NCBI GenBank assembly: GCA_041479415.1
Contig: JBGOXY010000001.1
Coordinates: 1-41,399 of the forward strand
DNA length: 41,399 bases
Origin: Anaerolineae bacterium
GTDB taxonomy: Bacteria; Chloroflexota; Anaerolineae; Anaerolineales; RBG-16-64-43
Reading direction: 5' to 3'
Shown here: piece by piece, positions 17,761-26,744 of the stretch
Layout of the letters: every line of letters begins with the position of its first letter
Numbering within the stretch: position 1 is the stretch's first letter
Notes under the pieces: model-generated
What the model was told of the DNA's origin: nothing
Databases searched by the model: none
The model's input: the letters and a program-made list of their open reading frames with translations, nothing else
Made by a program: the position numbers and the translations under genes

Positions 17761-20328
17761 TCAGGCGCCGCTGCGGATCCGTGCGCCAAGTTGCTCCTCA
17801 AGCGCGTGGATGATGCCCAGCCGAAGCTGAGCCACCTCGCCGTCGGTCAGCGTGCGGTCCTCGGCCTGATAGGTGAGGGAGAAGGCCAGGCTTTTCTTGC
17901 CTTCGCCGGCTTGCGCTCCGCGATAGACATCGAACAGTCGCACCTCGCGCAGCAGCGGCCCGCCCGCCGTGTGCATCACTTCCATCACACGCCCGGCCGG
18001 CACCTCCTCGGCGACGATCAAAGCCACGTCCTCCAACACCGGCGGGACGCCCGGGATGGCAGTCACGGTGAAGCGCGGGGGGATGCCGTCGAGCAGCGCC
18101 TGCAAGTCGAGGTCAGCCGCCAGCACCGGCTGGGCGAAACCGAAGCGCTGCGCCACCGCCGGATGCAGCTCGCCCAGCACGCCCATCGCGCGCCCCCCGG
18201 CCGAGAGGCTAGCGCATTTCCCCGGATGGAATGACGGGTGAGGTGTCTCGGCCAGGGTCGTTTCTCCCACATGCAGTCCTTGGGTCAACACCTCGAGAAT
18301 GCCCTTCAGGTCGTAGAAGTCCATGGGCGCCGCCGCCGGGCTCGACCAGTGCGCGGGCTCGCGCAGACCACTGAGCACGATGGCTATGCGCAGCGGCTCC
18401 TCGGGCAAGCCCTCGCCCGTGGGATGGAACTCGGGGCCGATCTCGAAGGCCGCCACGCGCGGCCGCTGCCCCGCCTGCCGCGCGGCCACTTCCATCACAC
18501 TTGAGAGCAACGACCGCCGCAGCACACTGCGGTCCGGGCCAATGGGGTTGGCAATTTGCACGTACTGCGAGCGTGCCAGCGCCGCCCCGGCCGGGTCGAG
18601 CTGCGCCTCGCGCTCGGGCGAGGTGAAGCGGTAGGTGATCACCTCCTGCAAGCCGGCCTGGACCAGCAGGTCGCGCACCGCCTCCTCGCGTTCGAGGCCG
18701 GGGTTATCACGCTGGGGTGGCAGGAGGGTGGCAAGTTGCGCCTCCGGGATGCGCTCATAGCCGTATACCCGTGCGATTTCTTCGATCAGATCGGCCTGGC
18801 CGATCACGCCCGGCCCGATGTCGAGGCGGTGATCCGGCACGCTCACGCGCAGCACGCGGGGTGCTCTGGTCTGCGAGCTCCGACGACCTCGCCCGGCAGG
18901 CGCGGCCGCGCGCACATCAACCCTAAACTCCAACCGTTCAAGGATGCGCACAATCTCGCGTTCCGCGATGGGTGTGCCGAGCAGCGCCGCCACCCGTGCC
19001 AGCGGCAAGTCGACGGTCACCCGCGGGGCTTTGCGCGGGTAAGCGTCCACCACGTCGCGTGCCACAACCCCCAGGCACTCCTTCGCCATGAGCGAGGCCG
19101 CGCGCGCCACAGCGCGCACCGTCATGGCCGGGTGGACGCCTCGCGAGAACCGGTACGAGGCCTCCGAGGGCAAGCGCAACGCCTGGACCGCTCGGCGGAT
19201 GCTGATGAAATCCCACGCGGCGCCTTCCAGCAGAATCGAGGTTGTGCCCTGGGTCACCTCCGATTCCGCGCCGCCCATCACCCCGGCGATCGAGAGCGCA
19301 CCGCGGCTGTCGCATACCAGGATCATGTAATCCTCAAGCGTGCGCTCGACACCGTCGAGGGTGGTCAACCGCTCGCCGGCCTCGGCCAAGCGGGTATGGA
19401 TGACCACCGGCCCGGCGCCGGCCCGCCGCGTGAGCACTTCCCAGTCGAAGGCGTGCAGCGGCTGTCCAGTTTCGAGCATCACGTAGTTGGTGATGTCGAC
19501 CACGTTGTTGATCGGGCGCATGCCCGCCCGGCGCAAGCGGCGCTGCATCCACTCCGGGCTGGGCCCGATCTTCACCTCGCGAATGAGCGCCGCGGTGAAG
19601 CGCGGGTTGAGGTCGGGCCGGCGCATCTCGATGCGTAGCCAACCGCGCAAGGGCTTGCCGCTGCCGCGCAGCGTGTAGGAGGGCTGGCGCAGCTTCTGCC
19701 CGGTGAGCGCAGCCACCTCGCGCGCGATGCCGATCAGGCTTGCCGCGCGCGCCATATTAGGGTTGATCTTCACGCTGAAGACGTGGTCACCTAGAACTCC
19801 CACCAGCGGCGCACCCGTAGGGGCATCCGCCTCGAGGATCATCACCCCTTCGTGCTCCTCGGAAAGGCCAAGTTCTTTCTCTGAACAAATCATCGACGAC
19901 GATTCGACGCCGCGGATCTTCATGCGCTTGAGGGTGGTGAGCACCCGCCCCGGCGCATGCCCGTCGTAAAGCGTCGCACCCTCGCGTGCGTAGGCCACCT
20001 TGAGCGGCTGGGCCAGCGGCCCCAGGCCTTTGTACGGGAACAGGTTCGATGCGCCGGTGAGCACGGTGTGCTCGGTCAACCCGTCGAACAGGCGGCACAG
20101 TACAAGCCGGTCGGCGTTGGGGTGCGGCATAACCTCCCGCACCTCGCCCACCACGATCTTCTCAGGATCCCAGGCCAGCCCGTCGCTCCCGCGCCCCGGA
20201 AGCGCAGGCAGCCCGACACTGGTAATGTTCTCAACCTCCAGGCCGGCGAACGTGAGGCGGGCGGCCAATGCCTCCGGCTCGAGCGTCAATCGCACATAGT
20301 CCTTCAGCCACGAAAGGGGTACTTCCAT
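17761..20328 (-). CDS. pheT: phenylalanine--tRNA ligase beta subunit
   Basis: 855 aa, beginning MEVPLSWLKDYV. The layout is tRNA-binding domain, B3/B4, B5 and a C-terminal FDX-ACB domain. GGAGGTG precedes the ATG. It sits directly downstream of pheS. Confidence 0.95.
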   Translation of the reverse strand: MEVPLSWLKDYVRLTLEPEALAARLTFAGLEVENITSVGLPALPGRGSDGLAWDPEKIVVGEVREVMPHPNADRLVLCRLFDGLTEHTVLTGASNLFPYKGLGPLAQPLKVAYAREGATLYDGHAPGRVLTTLKRMKIRGVESSSMICSEKELGLSEEHEGVMILEADAPTGAPLVGVLGDHVFSVKINPNMARAASLIGIAREVAALTGQKLRQPSYTLRGSGKPLRGWLRIEMRRPDLNPRFTAALIREVKIGPSPEWMQRRLRRAGMRPINNVVDITNYVMLETGQPLHAFDWEVLTRRAGAGPVVIHTRLAEAGERLTTLDGVERTLEDYMILVCDSRGALSIAGVMGGAESEVTQGTTSILLEGAAWDFISIRRAVQALRLPSEASYRFSRGVHPAMTVRAVARAASLMAKECLGVVARDVVDAYPRKAPRVTVDLPLARVAALLGTPIAEREIVRILERLEFRVDVRAAAPAGRGRRSSQTRAPRVLRVSVPDHRLDIGPGVIGQADLIEEIARVYGYERIPEAQLATLLPPQRDNPGLEREEAVRDLLVQAGLQEVITYRFTSPEREAQLDPAGAALARSQYVQIANPIGPDRSVLRRSLLSSVMEVAARQAGQRPRVAAFEIGPEFHPTGEGLPEEPLRIAIVLSGLREPAHWSSPAAAPMDFYDLKGILEVLTQGLHVGETTLAETPHPSFHPGKCASLSAGGRAMGVLGELHPAVAQRFGFAQPVLAADLDLQALLDGIPPRFTVTAIPGVPPVLEDVALIVAEEVPAGRVMEVMHTAGGPLLREVRLFDVYRGAQAGEGKKSLAFSLTYQAEDRTLTDGEVAQLRLGIIHALEEQLGARIRSGA

Positions 20329-20370
20329 GATCCACCTCCGGCGCGCCGTTGCCGCGCCCTGTTCGCCGGT

Positions 20371-21396
20371 TCAGAACTGTTCGAGAAAGCGCGGGTCATT
20401 AGCCCAGAAGGCGCGAATATCGGTGATGCCATGACGCAGCATGGCGATGCGTTCCGGGCCCATTCCGAAAGCGAAGCCGGAGTAACGTCGCGGATCATAT
20501 CCGCCGTTGTGTAGAACGATCGGGTGGACCATTCCTGCGCCCAGGATTTCAAGCCAGCCGCTGCGCTTGCACACCGGGCAGCCGCTTCCGCCGCAGATGA
20601 AACACTCGATGTCCATCTCCGCGCTCGGTTCGGTGAAGGGGAAGTAATCGGCGCGGAAGCGCACGCGCACCGAGGCGCCAAACATGCGCCGCGCAAAGTC
20701 GGCGAGAGTCGCCTTGAGGTTGGCCAGGGTGATGCCCGCCCCTACCGCCAGGCCCTCCACCTGATAGAACTGCGCTTCGGCGCGTGCCGTCACCTGCTCG
20801 TAGCGGAAGCACATGCCGGGCAGGACCACGCGAATCGGCTCGGGGCAGCGTTCGCGCATCACGCGCACCTGCCCGGGCGAAGTATGCGTGCGCAAGATGA
20901 CCCCAGGGCGCGTGGTATAGAAGGTATCCTGCATGTCGCGCGCGGGATGATGGGGCGGGAAATTCAGCAGCTGGAAGTTGAATTCATCGCTCTCCACCTC
21001 GCGGCTGCGGTAGACCTGGAATCCCATCTCGGACCAAATCGCCAGAATTCGGCGCAGCACCTGCGACGAGGGATGCAGACGGCCGCGCTGCGGGGGCCGC
21101 CCGGGCAGGGTGAGGTCGAGCTTCTCGGAGGCCAGTGCGCGCTCGAGGTTCTGGGCCCGCAACGCCTCCTCCTTGACCGAGAGCGCAGCTTCCAGGGCTT
21201 GCTTTGCCTGGTTGGCAGCGCGGCCGGCGGCCGGACGTTCGGATGCAGACAGCGAGCCGAGATCGCCCAGGAAGTTCATCAGCGGGGAATGACGGCCCAG
21301 GTGCGCCACGCGCCATGCCGCCAGGCTCTCGCTCGAGCGCACTTCGTCCAGCGCGCGCAGCGCAGCCTCCCGCATCGCCTCAATCGGTTCAGCCAT
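20371..21396 (-). CDS. pheS: phenylalanine--tRNA ligase alpha subunit
   Basis: 341 aa with class II motifs HPARDMQDTFY, PGMCFRYEQV and GFAFGMGPERIAMLRHGI. AAGGAGG precedes the ATG. Confidence 0.95.
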   Translation of the reverse strand: MAEPIEAMREAALRALDEVRSSESLAAWRVAHLGRHSPLMNFLGDLGSLSASERPAAGRAANQAKQALEAALSVKEEALRAQNLERALASEKLDLTLPGRPPQRGRLHPSSQVLRRILAIWSEMGFQVYRSREVESDEFNFQLLNFPPHHPARDMQDTFYTTRPGVILRTHTSPGQVRVMRERCPEPIRVVLPGMCFRYEQVTARAEAQFYQVEGLAVGAGITLANLKATLADFARRMFGASVRVRFRADYFPFTEPSAEMDIECFICGGSGCPVCKRSGWLEILGAGMVHPIVLHNGGYDPRRYSGFAFGMGPERIAMLRHGITDIRAFWANDPRFLEQF

Positions 21397-21404
21397 CCGG
21401 CCTC

Positions 21405-21727
21405 CTTAAAACGAAATGTCCCGTCCGCTCAGGGACGGGACATGGCCCGCGGTACCACCCTGATGAGCCCGGCCGGTGCAAAGAGAGCGCCGTAGGGCTC
21501 GCTCATTGCCCGCCGCCGGTGAGCGGCGAGGGGCTCCTTCGCTAACGGGAAGGATGCGGCCCAAGCTACTGTTCGCGTGGTCACGAGGGGTTCGGCCATC
21601 GCGAGGGTTCACCTGGGCAGCTCAGGAGGGAACTTCGGCGGCGTCGATCCGGGCTGGGCTTGCAGTCGTGGCCACAGCCTCCCTGTCGGCATAGCGCCGC
21701 GTACTTTCCTCCGTCACAGCCATTCGT
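21405..21727 (-). promoter_or_regulatory. T-box riboswitch leader of pheS-pheT, including its terminator
   Basis: The minus strand carries the T-box sequence AGGGUGGUACCGCGGG (21461-21446). An 11-bp perfect terminator stem (21443-21416) plus UUUCGUUUU follows. An F-box-like CCGUUA, Stem II-like AGUA/GAA elements, and a GA-motif plus GGAGG/CCUCC Stem I base with an AGUA ... GAAGUUC specifier loop are also present. Confidence 0.85.
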
Positions 21728-21733
21728 GGCGGT

Positions 21734-21762
21734 AATTATCTCTGATCCCTGTCACCTGTCAA
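21734..21762 (-). promoter_or_regulatory. sigma70-type promoter TTGACA-N17-ATAATT for the pheST T-box leader
   Basis: Minus strand: -35 TTGACA (21762-21757), a 17-nt spacer, and -10 ATAATT (21739-21734). Confidence 0.55.
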
Positions 21763-21817
21763 GCGAGGCCGGCGGGCTGCCGCCCGCCGGCAGACCGGAC
21801 TCGGCCTGCAATTCCAT

Positions 21818-21846
21818 TTGACACCCACCCCGAGTGGAATTACACT
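21818..21846 (+). promoter_or_regulatory. sigma70-type promoter TTGACA-N17-TACACT for the FHA gene
   Basis: -35 at 21818-21823, a 17-nt spacer, and -10 at 21841-21846. GAGGAGGA and ATG 21875 follow. Confidence 0.6.
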
Positions 21847-21874
21847 CGCCGCACGCGTCGACGAGGAGGAGAAT

Positions 21875-22441
21875 ATGTCCAGCGGACAATTGCGCTTGGT
21901 CATGCGCAGCGGCCCCACGCCAGGCAAGGTGTTCGAACTGAACAAGGAAATTGCCACCATCGGGCGGGAGGCCTCGGCCGATATCGTCATTGCCGATCCC
22001 GAGGTGTCTCGCGCCCACGCACGGCTGGTTACCAAGCCAGGCGGCGTAATCATCGAGGATTTGGGCTCGACCAACGGCACCTTCGTCAACAAGCAGCGCA
22101 TCACCGCCCCGCGCGCCATCTCCGCGGGCGATGAACTCACGCTGGGCGAAAGCATCGTTCTGGGCGTCGAGACCGAGGGCGTGGCGGCCACCGTGGTCGC
22201 CGCCTCCGCCAAAGTTCCACCGGCGCCCCGCACAGCCGCGGCCGCACCCCAGGCTGCCCCTGTTCCTCCGCCGATGGCGTCGGCCGCCCCGCCCGTCGAG
22301 AAGAAAGGCGGGGGAAGGCGGATGCTGTGGATCGGGTGCGGCTGCTTGCTTCTCCTGGCGTGCGTGGTGGCCGTCGGCATCGGCTGGTACATCGACTCCA
22401 ATAATCTGTATTGCGCCTGGCTGGGAGTCGGCTGCTTCTAA
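21875..22441 (+). CDS. FHA-domain protein with C-terminal transmembrane anchor
   Basis: ORF 21818-22441, trimmed to ATG 21875. The FHA core is ATIGREASADIVIADPEVSRAHARLV...IEDLGSTNGTFVN. A Pro/Ala-rich linker follows, then a C-terminal TM (MLWIGCGCLLLLACVVAVGIGWYI). Confidence 0.85.
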   Translation: MSSGQLRLVMRSGPTPGKVFELNKEIATIGREASADIVIADPEVSRAHARLVTKPGGVIIEDLGSTNGTFVNKQRITAPRAISAGDELTLGESIVLGVETEGVAATVVAASAKVPPAPRTAAAAPQAAPVPPPMASAAPPVEKKGGGRRMLWIGCGCLLLLACVVAVGIGWYIDSNNLYCAWLGVGCF

Positions 22442-22478
22442 GAGTCGACCCCTGGACGTTTCGCTCTCCGGCACATAC

Positions 22479-22546
22479 GGCGCCTCCCGCGCGCGTTGAG
22501 TTGGGCTAGATCCCCTTCCCGCTCAACCTGCCCAACGGGAGGCGCC
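22479..22546 (+). other. 68-nt nested stem-loop in the FHA-sppA spacer
   Basis: An 11-bp perfect outer stem pairs GGCGCCTCCCG (22479-22489) with CGGGAGGCGCC (22536-22546). It encloses a 6-bp stem pairing GTTGAG (22495-22500) with CTCAAC (22522-22527). No U-tract follows. Confidence 0.35.
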
Positions 22547-22698
22547 TGCGCATCTGCCCTGCACCCAGGGGGTGACCGCACTCGCTCTGCATTCCACCCT
22601 CCCAACCTCTTGCGTGCAGTCCGGATGAGAGGGCCCTGCGCTCGCATGGCAAGGCCCCCGTATACCGCGCGAGGTCTCTCAGGGCAAACGGAGGACCT

Positions 22699-23559
22699 AT
22701 GAACATGAGGGCTTGGAAGCTTCCTGCGCTGGGGTCCGCTTGGCGCTGGGTCTGGCTGGCCTTGCTCCTGGCCGCCGGCATAGTCCTGGCTTTGCTCATC
22801 CCGCGCCCGGTGGTTGGGACCATCTATGTCAATACTCCGATCGAGGCGGTAAGCGCACGCGAAGTGATCGCCCAGATCGACGAAGCCCGCAGCAACCCGC
22901 GGGTGCGCGCGGTGGTCTTGGTGATCGACAGCCCGGGCGGCACCGTGGCCGACACCGAAGCCGTGTATCTCGAGCTGGCGCGCCTGCGGGCCGCCAAACC
23001 GGTGGTCAGCACCATCGGCACCATGGCCGCCAGCGGGGCCTACTACCTGGCCGTGGGCAGCGACTATATCTTCGCCATGCCCACCTCTCAGGTGGGCAAC
23101 GTGGGCGTCATCGGCAGCCTGCCGCCACGGCCGGCGGTCCTTGAAGACGTCGCCTCGACCGGCCCGTACAAACTGTTTGGCGGTCCGCGTGATTCCTTCC
23201 TGCGTCAGTTGGAGGCCGTCAAAGCGGGGTTCATTCAGGCGGTCAGCCTGGGGCGTGGGGCACGGCTGAACCTCACCACCGAGGAGATCGCCCGCGGCGA
23301 GATCTATCTGGGCAGTGATGCCTTGCGCCTCGGGCTGGTGGATGCCTTGGGCGGCCTATCGCCAGCCATCGCCCACGCCGCGCGCATGGCCCACATCGCG
23401 CACTACGCCGTGGCCGACCTGCGCGAACTGGCCGGGCTGCCGGCGGCTACGCTCGTGCCCTTCTTCTATATGGCCGAGGATGGACGCGCCACGGCCTACC
23501 CGCTCGAGGCCGGCCTCTTTTTGCTTTACGTTCCACCGGCAGAGGGGAGGCAGCCATGA
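22699..23559 (+). CDS. sppA: signal peptide peptidase SppA (S49 family, 36K type)
   Basis: An N-terminal TM, then S49 motifs VVLVIDSPGGTVADTEAV and GTMAASGAYYLAVGSDYIFA. GGAGGA lies upstream of ATG 22699; ATG 22705 is an alternative start. Confidence 0.88.
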   Translation: MNMRAWKLPALGSAWRWVWLALLLAAGIVLALLIPRPVVGTIYVNTPIEAVSAREVIAQIDEARSNPRVRAVVLVIDSPGGTVADTEAVYLELARLRAAKPVVSTIGTMAASGAYYLAVGSDYIFAMPTSQVGNVGVIGSLPPRPAVLEDVASTGPYKLFGGPRDSFLRQLEAVKAGFIQAVSLGRGARLNLTTEEIARGEIYLGSDALRLGLVDALGGLSPAIAHAARMAHIAHYAVADLRELAGLPAATLVPFFYMAEDGRATAYPLEAGLFLLYVPPAEGRQP

Positions 23560-25007
23560 CCCGCCGACTCACGCTGCTTGGTCTGGCCCTGCTGATCGTG
23601 CCCGCTCTCGTGCGCGGGTTGTGGTTCTATCAAGGCGTCTATTGGCGCGGTTCGCCGGTGGCCACACCGGAGTATGCCTCGTTCACGGTGCCACTGCCGC
23701 CGCTCTCCACCGCCGAGGCACCCGCTGCGCGCAGCGCGTCGCCAGGTGCACATGTGCTCATCGATCAATCGCACGCCAACAACTTCCTGGCCGCCGAACT
23801 CGAACCGCTCGTGCGCGCAGTGAGCACGCACGGCGGGCAAGTGGAATTCCTGACCGCCAACGACTCCGGAAGCCTGGCCACCCGGCTGGGCGCGGCCACC
23901 GCCTTGGTCGTGGCCGCGCCCAGCGCGCCGTTCATGCGCGACGAGGTGCAGCGCGTGGAAGCCTTCGTCGGGCGCGGCGGGCGGGTGCTGGTGCTCACCG
24001 ACCCGACACGCGGGTCGCCGCAGTACGACAGCTACTACTCCGATACGAGCACGACCCTCGACGACTCGTCCGCCGCCAACACGCTGCTGGCGCCGTTCGA
24101 GATCACCGTCGCCGACGATTATCTCTACAACCTGAATGAGAACGAAGGTAACTTCCGCAACGTGCTACTCACTCGCTTTGCGGCCTCGCCACTCACGGCG
24201 GACCTCGGGCGCGTGGCTTTCTACGCCGCGCATTCGATCGCCTCGCCCAGCGGCCTCGCGCTCATTTCCGCAGACGAGCACACGCTCTCCTCACGGACCG
24301 ACCGCGGCGGGGATCTGGCTGCGGCTGTGCTGGCGGCCAACGAACGCGTGCTGGCCGTCGGCGACCTGAGCTTTCTCTCGCCGCCCTACGATCATGTCGC
24401 CGACAACGCCCGCTGGATTTCCAACCTGGCCAGCTTCCTTCTGGGAGGCGAGCCCTCGCGTGCGCCGACGGACTTCCCGTACATCTTCTCTGGCCCCGTC
24501 GTGGTCCAGGCGCTGGGCGATCTGGACATGTCGACCGACCTGATCACCGCGCTGTCCTCCCTGCAGTCCACCCTGGACGAGTCCGGTTTGGCGCTGACCA
24601 TGGCCCAGAGCCCCGAGGCCTCGGCTAACCGGATCGTGCTGGCGACCTACGCCGACAAAGAGGAGTTGGCCCCCTTCGTCGGCGGATTCGAGATCGGCTT
24701 GCCCGGCGCGGGTGGCGACCCGCTCGTCACCGGCGAACTGCAACTGCCGGGATGGCGCACGCTGGATGCCTCCGCGGTGGGGCTGATGCTCGTCGCTCGC
24801 AACGCAGGCCAGACCACGCTCACCCTCATCGGCGCCGATGCCTCAGCGGTGATCGAGTTGATCACGGCTCTGGCGACGCGCGACTTCTCGATGTGCATCG
24901 GCCAGGAGGGGATCGCGGCCTGCGCGACCGGCCCGGCCGATCTGCCTTCGCTCGATTTCGCTCTTACCAACGATGCCGTGCCGACGCTAGATGGTGCGCT
25001 GCCCTGA
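23556..25007 (+). CDS. membrane-anchored protein of unknown function (possibly DUF4350/GldG-like N-terminal domain)
   Basis: 483 aa, with an ATGA overlap onto the sppA stop. It has an N-terminal TM (LTLLGLALLIVPALV). The segment HVLIDQSHANNF...ALVVAAPSAPF...GGRVLVLTDP resembles DUF4350-type domains from memory. No catalytic motif was recognised. Confidence 0.6.
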   Translation: MTRRLTLLGLALLIVPALVRGLWFYQGVYWRGSPVATPEYASFTVPLPPLSTAEAPAARSASPGAHVLIDQSHANNFLAAELEPLVRAVSTHGGQVEFLTANDSGSLATRLGAATALVVAAPSAPFMRDEVQRVEAFVGRGGRVLVLTDPTRGSPQYDSYYSDTSTTLDDSSAANTLLAPFEITVADDYLYNLNENEGNFRNVLLTRFAASPLTADLGRVAFYAAHSIASPSGLALISADEHTLSSRTDRGGDLAAAVLAANERVLAVGDLSFLSPPYDHVADNARWISNLASFLLGGEPSRAPTDFPYIFSGPVVVQALGDLDMSTDLITALSSLQSTLDESGLALTMAQSPEASANRIVLATYADKEELAPFVGGFEIGLPGAGGDPLVTGELQLPGWRTLDASAVGLMLVARNAGQTTLTLIGADASAVIELITALATRDFSMCIGQEGIAACATGPADLPSLDFALTNDAVPTLDGALP

Positions 25008-25039
25008 ATACGGCAGAACCTGCGCTGCTGGAGAATCAA

Positions 25040-25066
25040 ATCGCCGCGTCGGCTCGACGCGGCGAT
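25040..25066. terminator. bidirectional terminator hairpin between convergent genes
   Basis: A perfect 12-bp stem, ATCGCCGCGTCG-GCT-CGACGCGGCGAT, is flanked by T-rich sequence on both transcribed strands (GCCTTTCC on plus, TTGATTCTCC on minus). Confidence 0.6.
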
Positions 25067-25104
25067 GCCTTTCCTCGGCCGGCGAAAGACCGGAGGCGAT
25101 CCGT

Positions 25105-25932
25105 TCAGTGCAGGAGCGGTACCAGTCCGACCACCAGGTAGTAACCGATGGCCGCCCCGACAATCCATGAGTCAATACGATCCAGCGCGCCGCCGTGGCC
25201 GGGCAACAGGGTACCCGAGTCCTTGACCCCCACCTCGCGCTTGAGCATGCTGACGGCCAGATCACCGAGCGTGCCCAATGCCCCCAGCAGCGAGCCAATG
25301 AACAGGCCGCTCACCAGCCCCACGCCGCTGCCAGGGGGCGCGGCGATCTGCCACAGCAGGCTGAGCAGCCCCGAGCCCAGCCCGCCGCCGACGATCGAGG
25401 CGGCGTAGCCCTCCCACGTTTTGCGCGGGCTCAGGCGGGGGCTCATGGGGTGGCGCCCAAAACGCCGGCCGATACTGAAGGCCGCCGCGTCGCCGAACCA
25501 CACCCCGGTCAGCGCCACCAGCAGCCACCACTCACCGCCCGGCAGCGCGCGCAATGACATGAAGTAGGCGCCAAACCATCCGAGGTAGATGATCCCGGCG
25601 AGGGTCACGGCAAAGTCGGTGGCGGCATGCGCCGAGCCGCGCTCGTAGGCGCGCAGGTACCAGGCCACGGCGATCAGCATGATGAGCGTGAGGATCAGGC
25701 CGATGTGGTCAAAGCCAAAGAAGTGGCGGGCAACGATCAGCGCGAGCGCCCCGCCGGCCACCAGCCAGCGCGAGGGAGCCAGCCCGGTGCGGGCGAACAG
25801 GTCGGCATACTCGAGCGCAGCCAGCACCACCAAGACGGAGATGATCAGCAATAGCGGCACACCGCCGTAGGCGATGAGCCCCAGTCCGATGGGCAGGAGC
25901 AACAGGGCGACCACCAGGCGGTCGGGCAGCAT
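25105..25932 (-). CDS. cdsA: phosphatidate cytidylyltransferase
   Basis: Polytopic membrane protein with the C-terminal CdsA signature SMLKREVGVKDSGTLLPGHGGALDRIDS. It lies 4 nt downstream of uppS. Confidence 0.92.
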   Translation of the reverse strand: MLPDRLVVALLLLPIGLGLIAYGGVPLLLIISVLVVLAALEYADLFARTGLAPSRWLVAGGALALIVARHFFGFDHIGLILTLIMLIAVAWYLRAYERGSAHAATDFAVTLAGIIYLGWFGAYFMSLRALPGGEWWLLVALTGVWFGDAAAFSIGRRFGRHPMSPRLSPRKTWEGYAASIVGGGLGSGLLSLLWQIAAPPGSGVGLVSGLFIGSLLGALGTLGDLAVSMLKREVGVKDSGTLLPGHGGALDRIDSWIVGAAIGYYLVVGLVPLLH

Positions 25933-25936
25933 ACGG

Positions 25937-26701
25937 TCAGCTACCCGCGGAGGGAGCCACGCGGCCGAAGCGCCGGTCGCGCTGGCTGAACTCCCACAAT
26001 GCCTGGCGCAATTCTTCTTTGCCGAAGTCGGGCCAATAGACCGGGGTGATGTACCATTCGGAGTAGGCGGCTTGCCAGATGAGGAAGTTGCTGATGCGCA
26101 GCTCGCCTGAAGTGCGGATGATCAGGTCGGGGTCCGGCGTGCCAGCGGTATACAGGTACCGGCCCACCAGCTTCTCGTCGACCGCCTCGGCCGGTATGCC
26201 CTCGGCGATCATGCGCTGCACAGCGTGCACGATCTCGTCCCGCCCGCCGTAATTGAAGGCTACGTTCAACGTCAGGCGGCTGTTGTCCTTGGTCAGGTCG
26301 ATGGCTTCGCGCACCTTGCGCTGCAAGAAGGGGGAGATGCCCTCCAGCCGCCCGATGTGGCGCAGCTGCACGCCATTGCGGTGCAGCTCGTTCAGCTCGC
26401 GGCCAAGCATGTCCTCGATAATCGACAGCAGCCCCTGCACCTCTTCCTCCGGCCGGCCCCAATTCTCGGTGGAGAAGGCGTACAGCGTGAGATAGCGGAT
26501 GCCGAACTCCGCACACGCCTGGATGATGCGGCGCAGGTTTTCGGTGCCGGCGCGGTGACCGGCCAGGCGTGGCAGGTTGCGCGCGGTGGCCCAGCGCCCA
26601 TTGCCATCCATGATGATCGCGACGTGCTGTGGGATCTTGCTCGGCAGCCCCTCCGGCACCGGCGTGCCGGGGGTCTCCGCGCGGGGGGTCGTCGTGCCCA
26701 A
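25937..26701 (-). CDS. uppS: isoprenyl transferase (undecaprenyl-diphosphate synthase family)
   Basis: cis-prenyltransferase motifs HVAIIMDGNGRWA, YLTLYAFSTENWGRP and IRTSGELRISNFLIWQAAYSE. Confidence 0.93.
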   Translation of the reverse strand: MGTTTPRAETPGTPVPEGLPSKIPQHVAIIMDGNGRWATARNLPRLAGHRAGTENLRRIIQACAEFGIRYLTLYAFSTENWGRPEEEVQGLLSIIEDMLGRELNELHRNGVQLRHIGRLEGISPFLQRKVREAIDLTKDNSRLTLNVAFNYGGRDEIVHAVQRMIAEGIPAEAVDEKLVGRYLYTAGTPDPDLIIRTSGELRISNFLIWQAAYSEWYITPVYWPDFGKEELRQALWEFSQRDRRFGRVAPSAGS

Positions 26702-26744
26702 GGGTCGCTCCGTGGAGTCCGTGGCGTCGCCGCCGTGGCGCGCC

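Noticed and set aside
21768-21791. Perfect 10-bp GC palindrome GCCGGCGGGC-TGCC-GCCCGCCGGC between the divergent pheS-leader and FHA promoters
   Set aside because: It lies upstream of both predicted -35 elements, so it is probably not transcribed. It has no T-tract, so it is not a terminator. It could be a protein-binding site, but a GC palindrome of this size is weak evidence in DNA of this composition.
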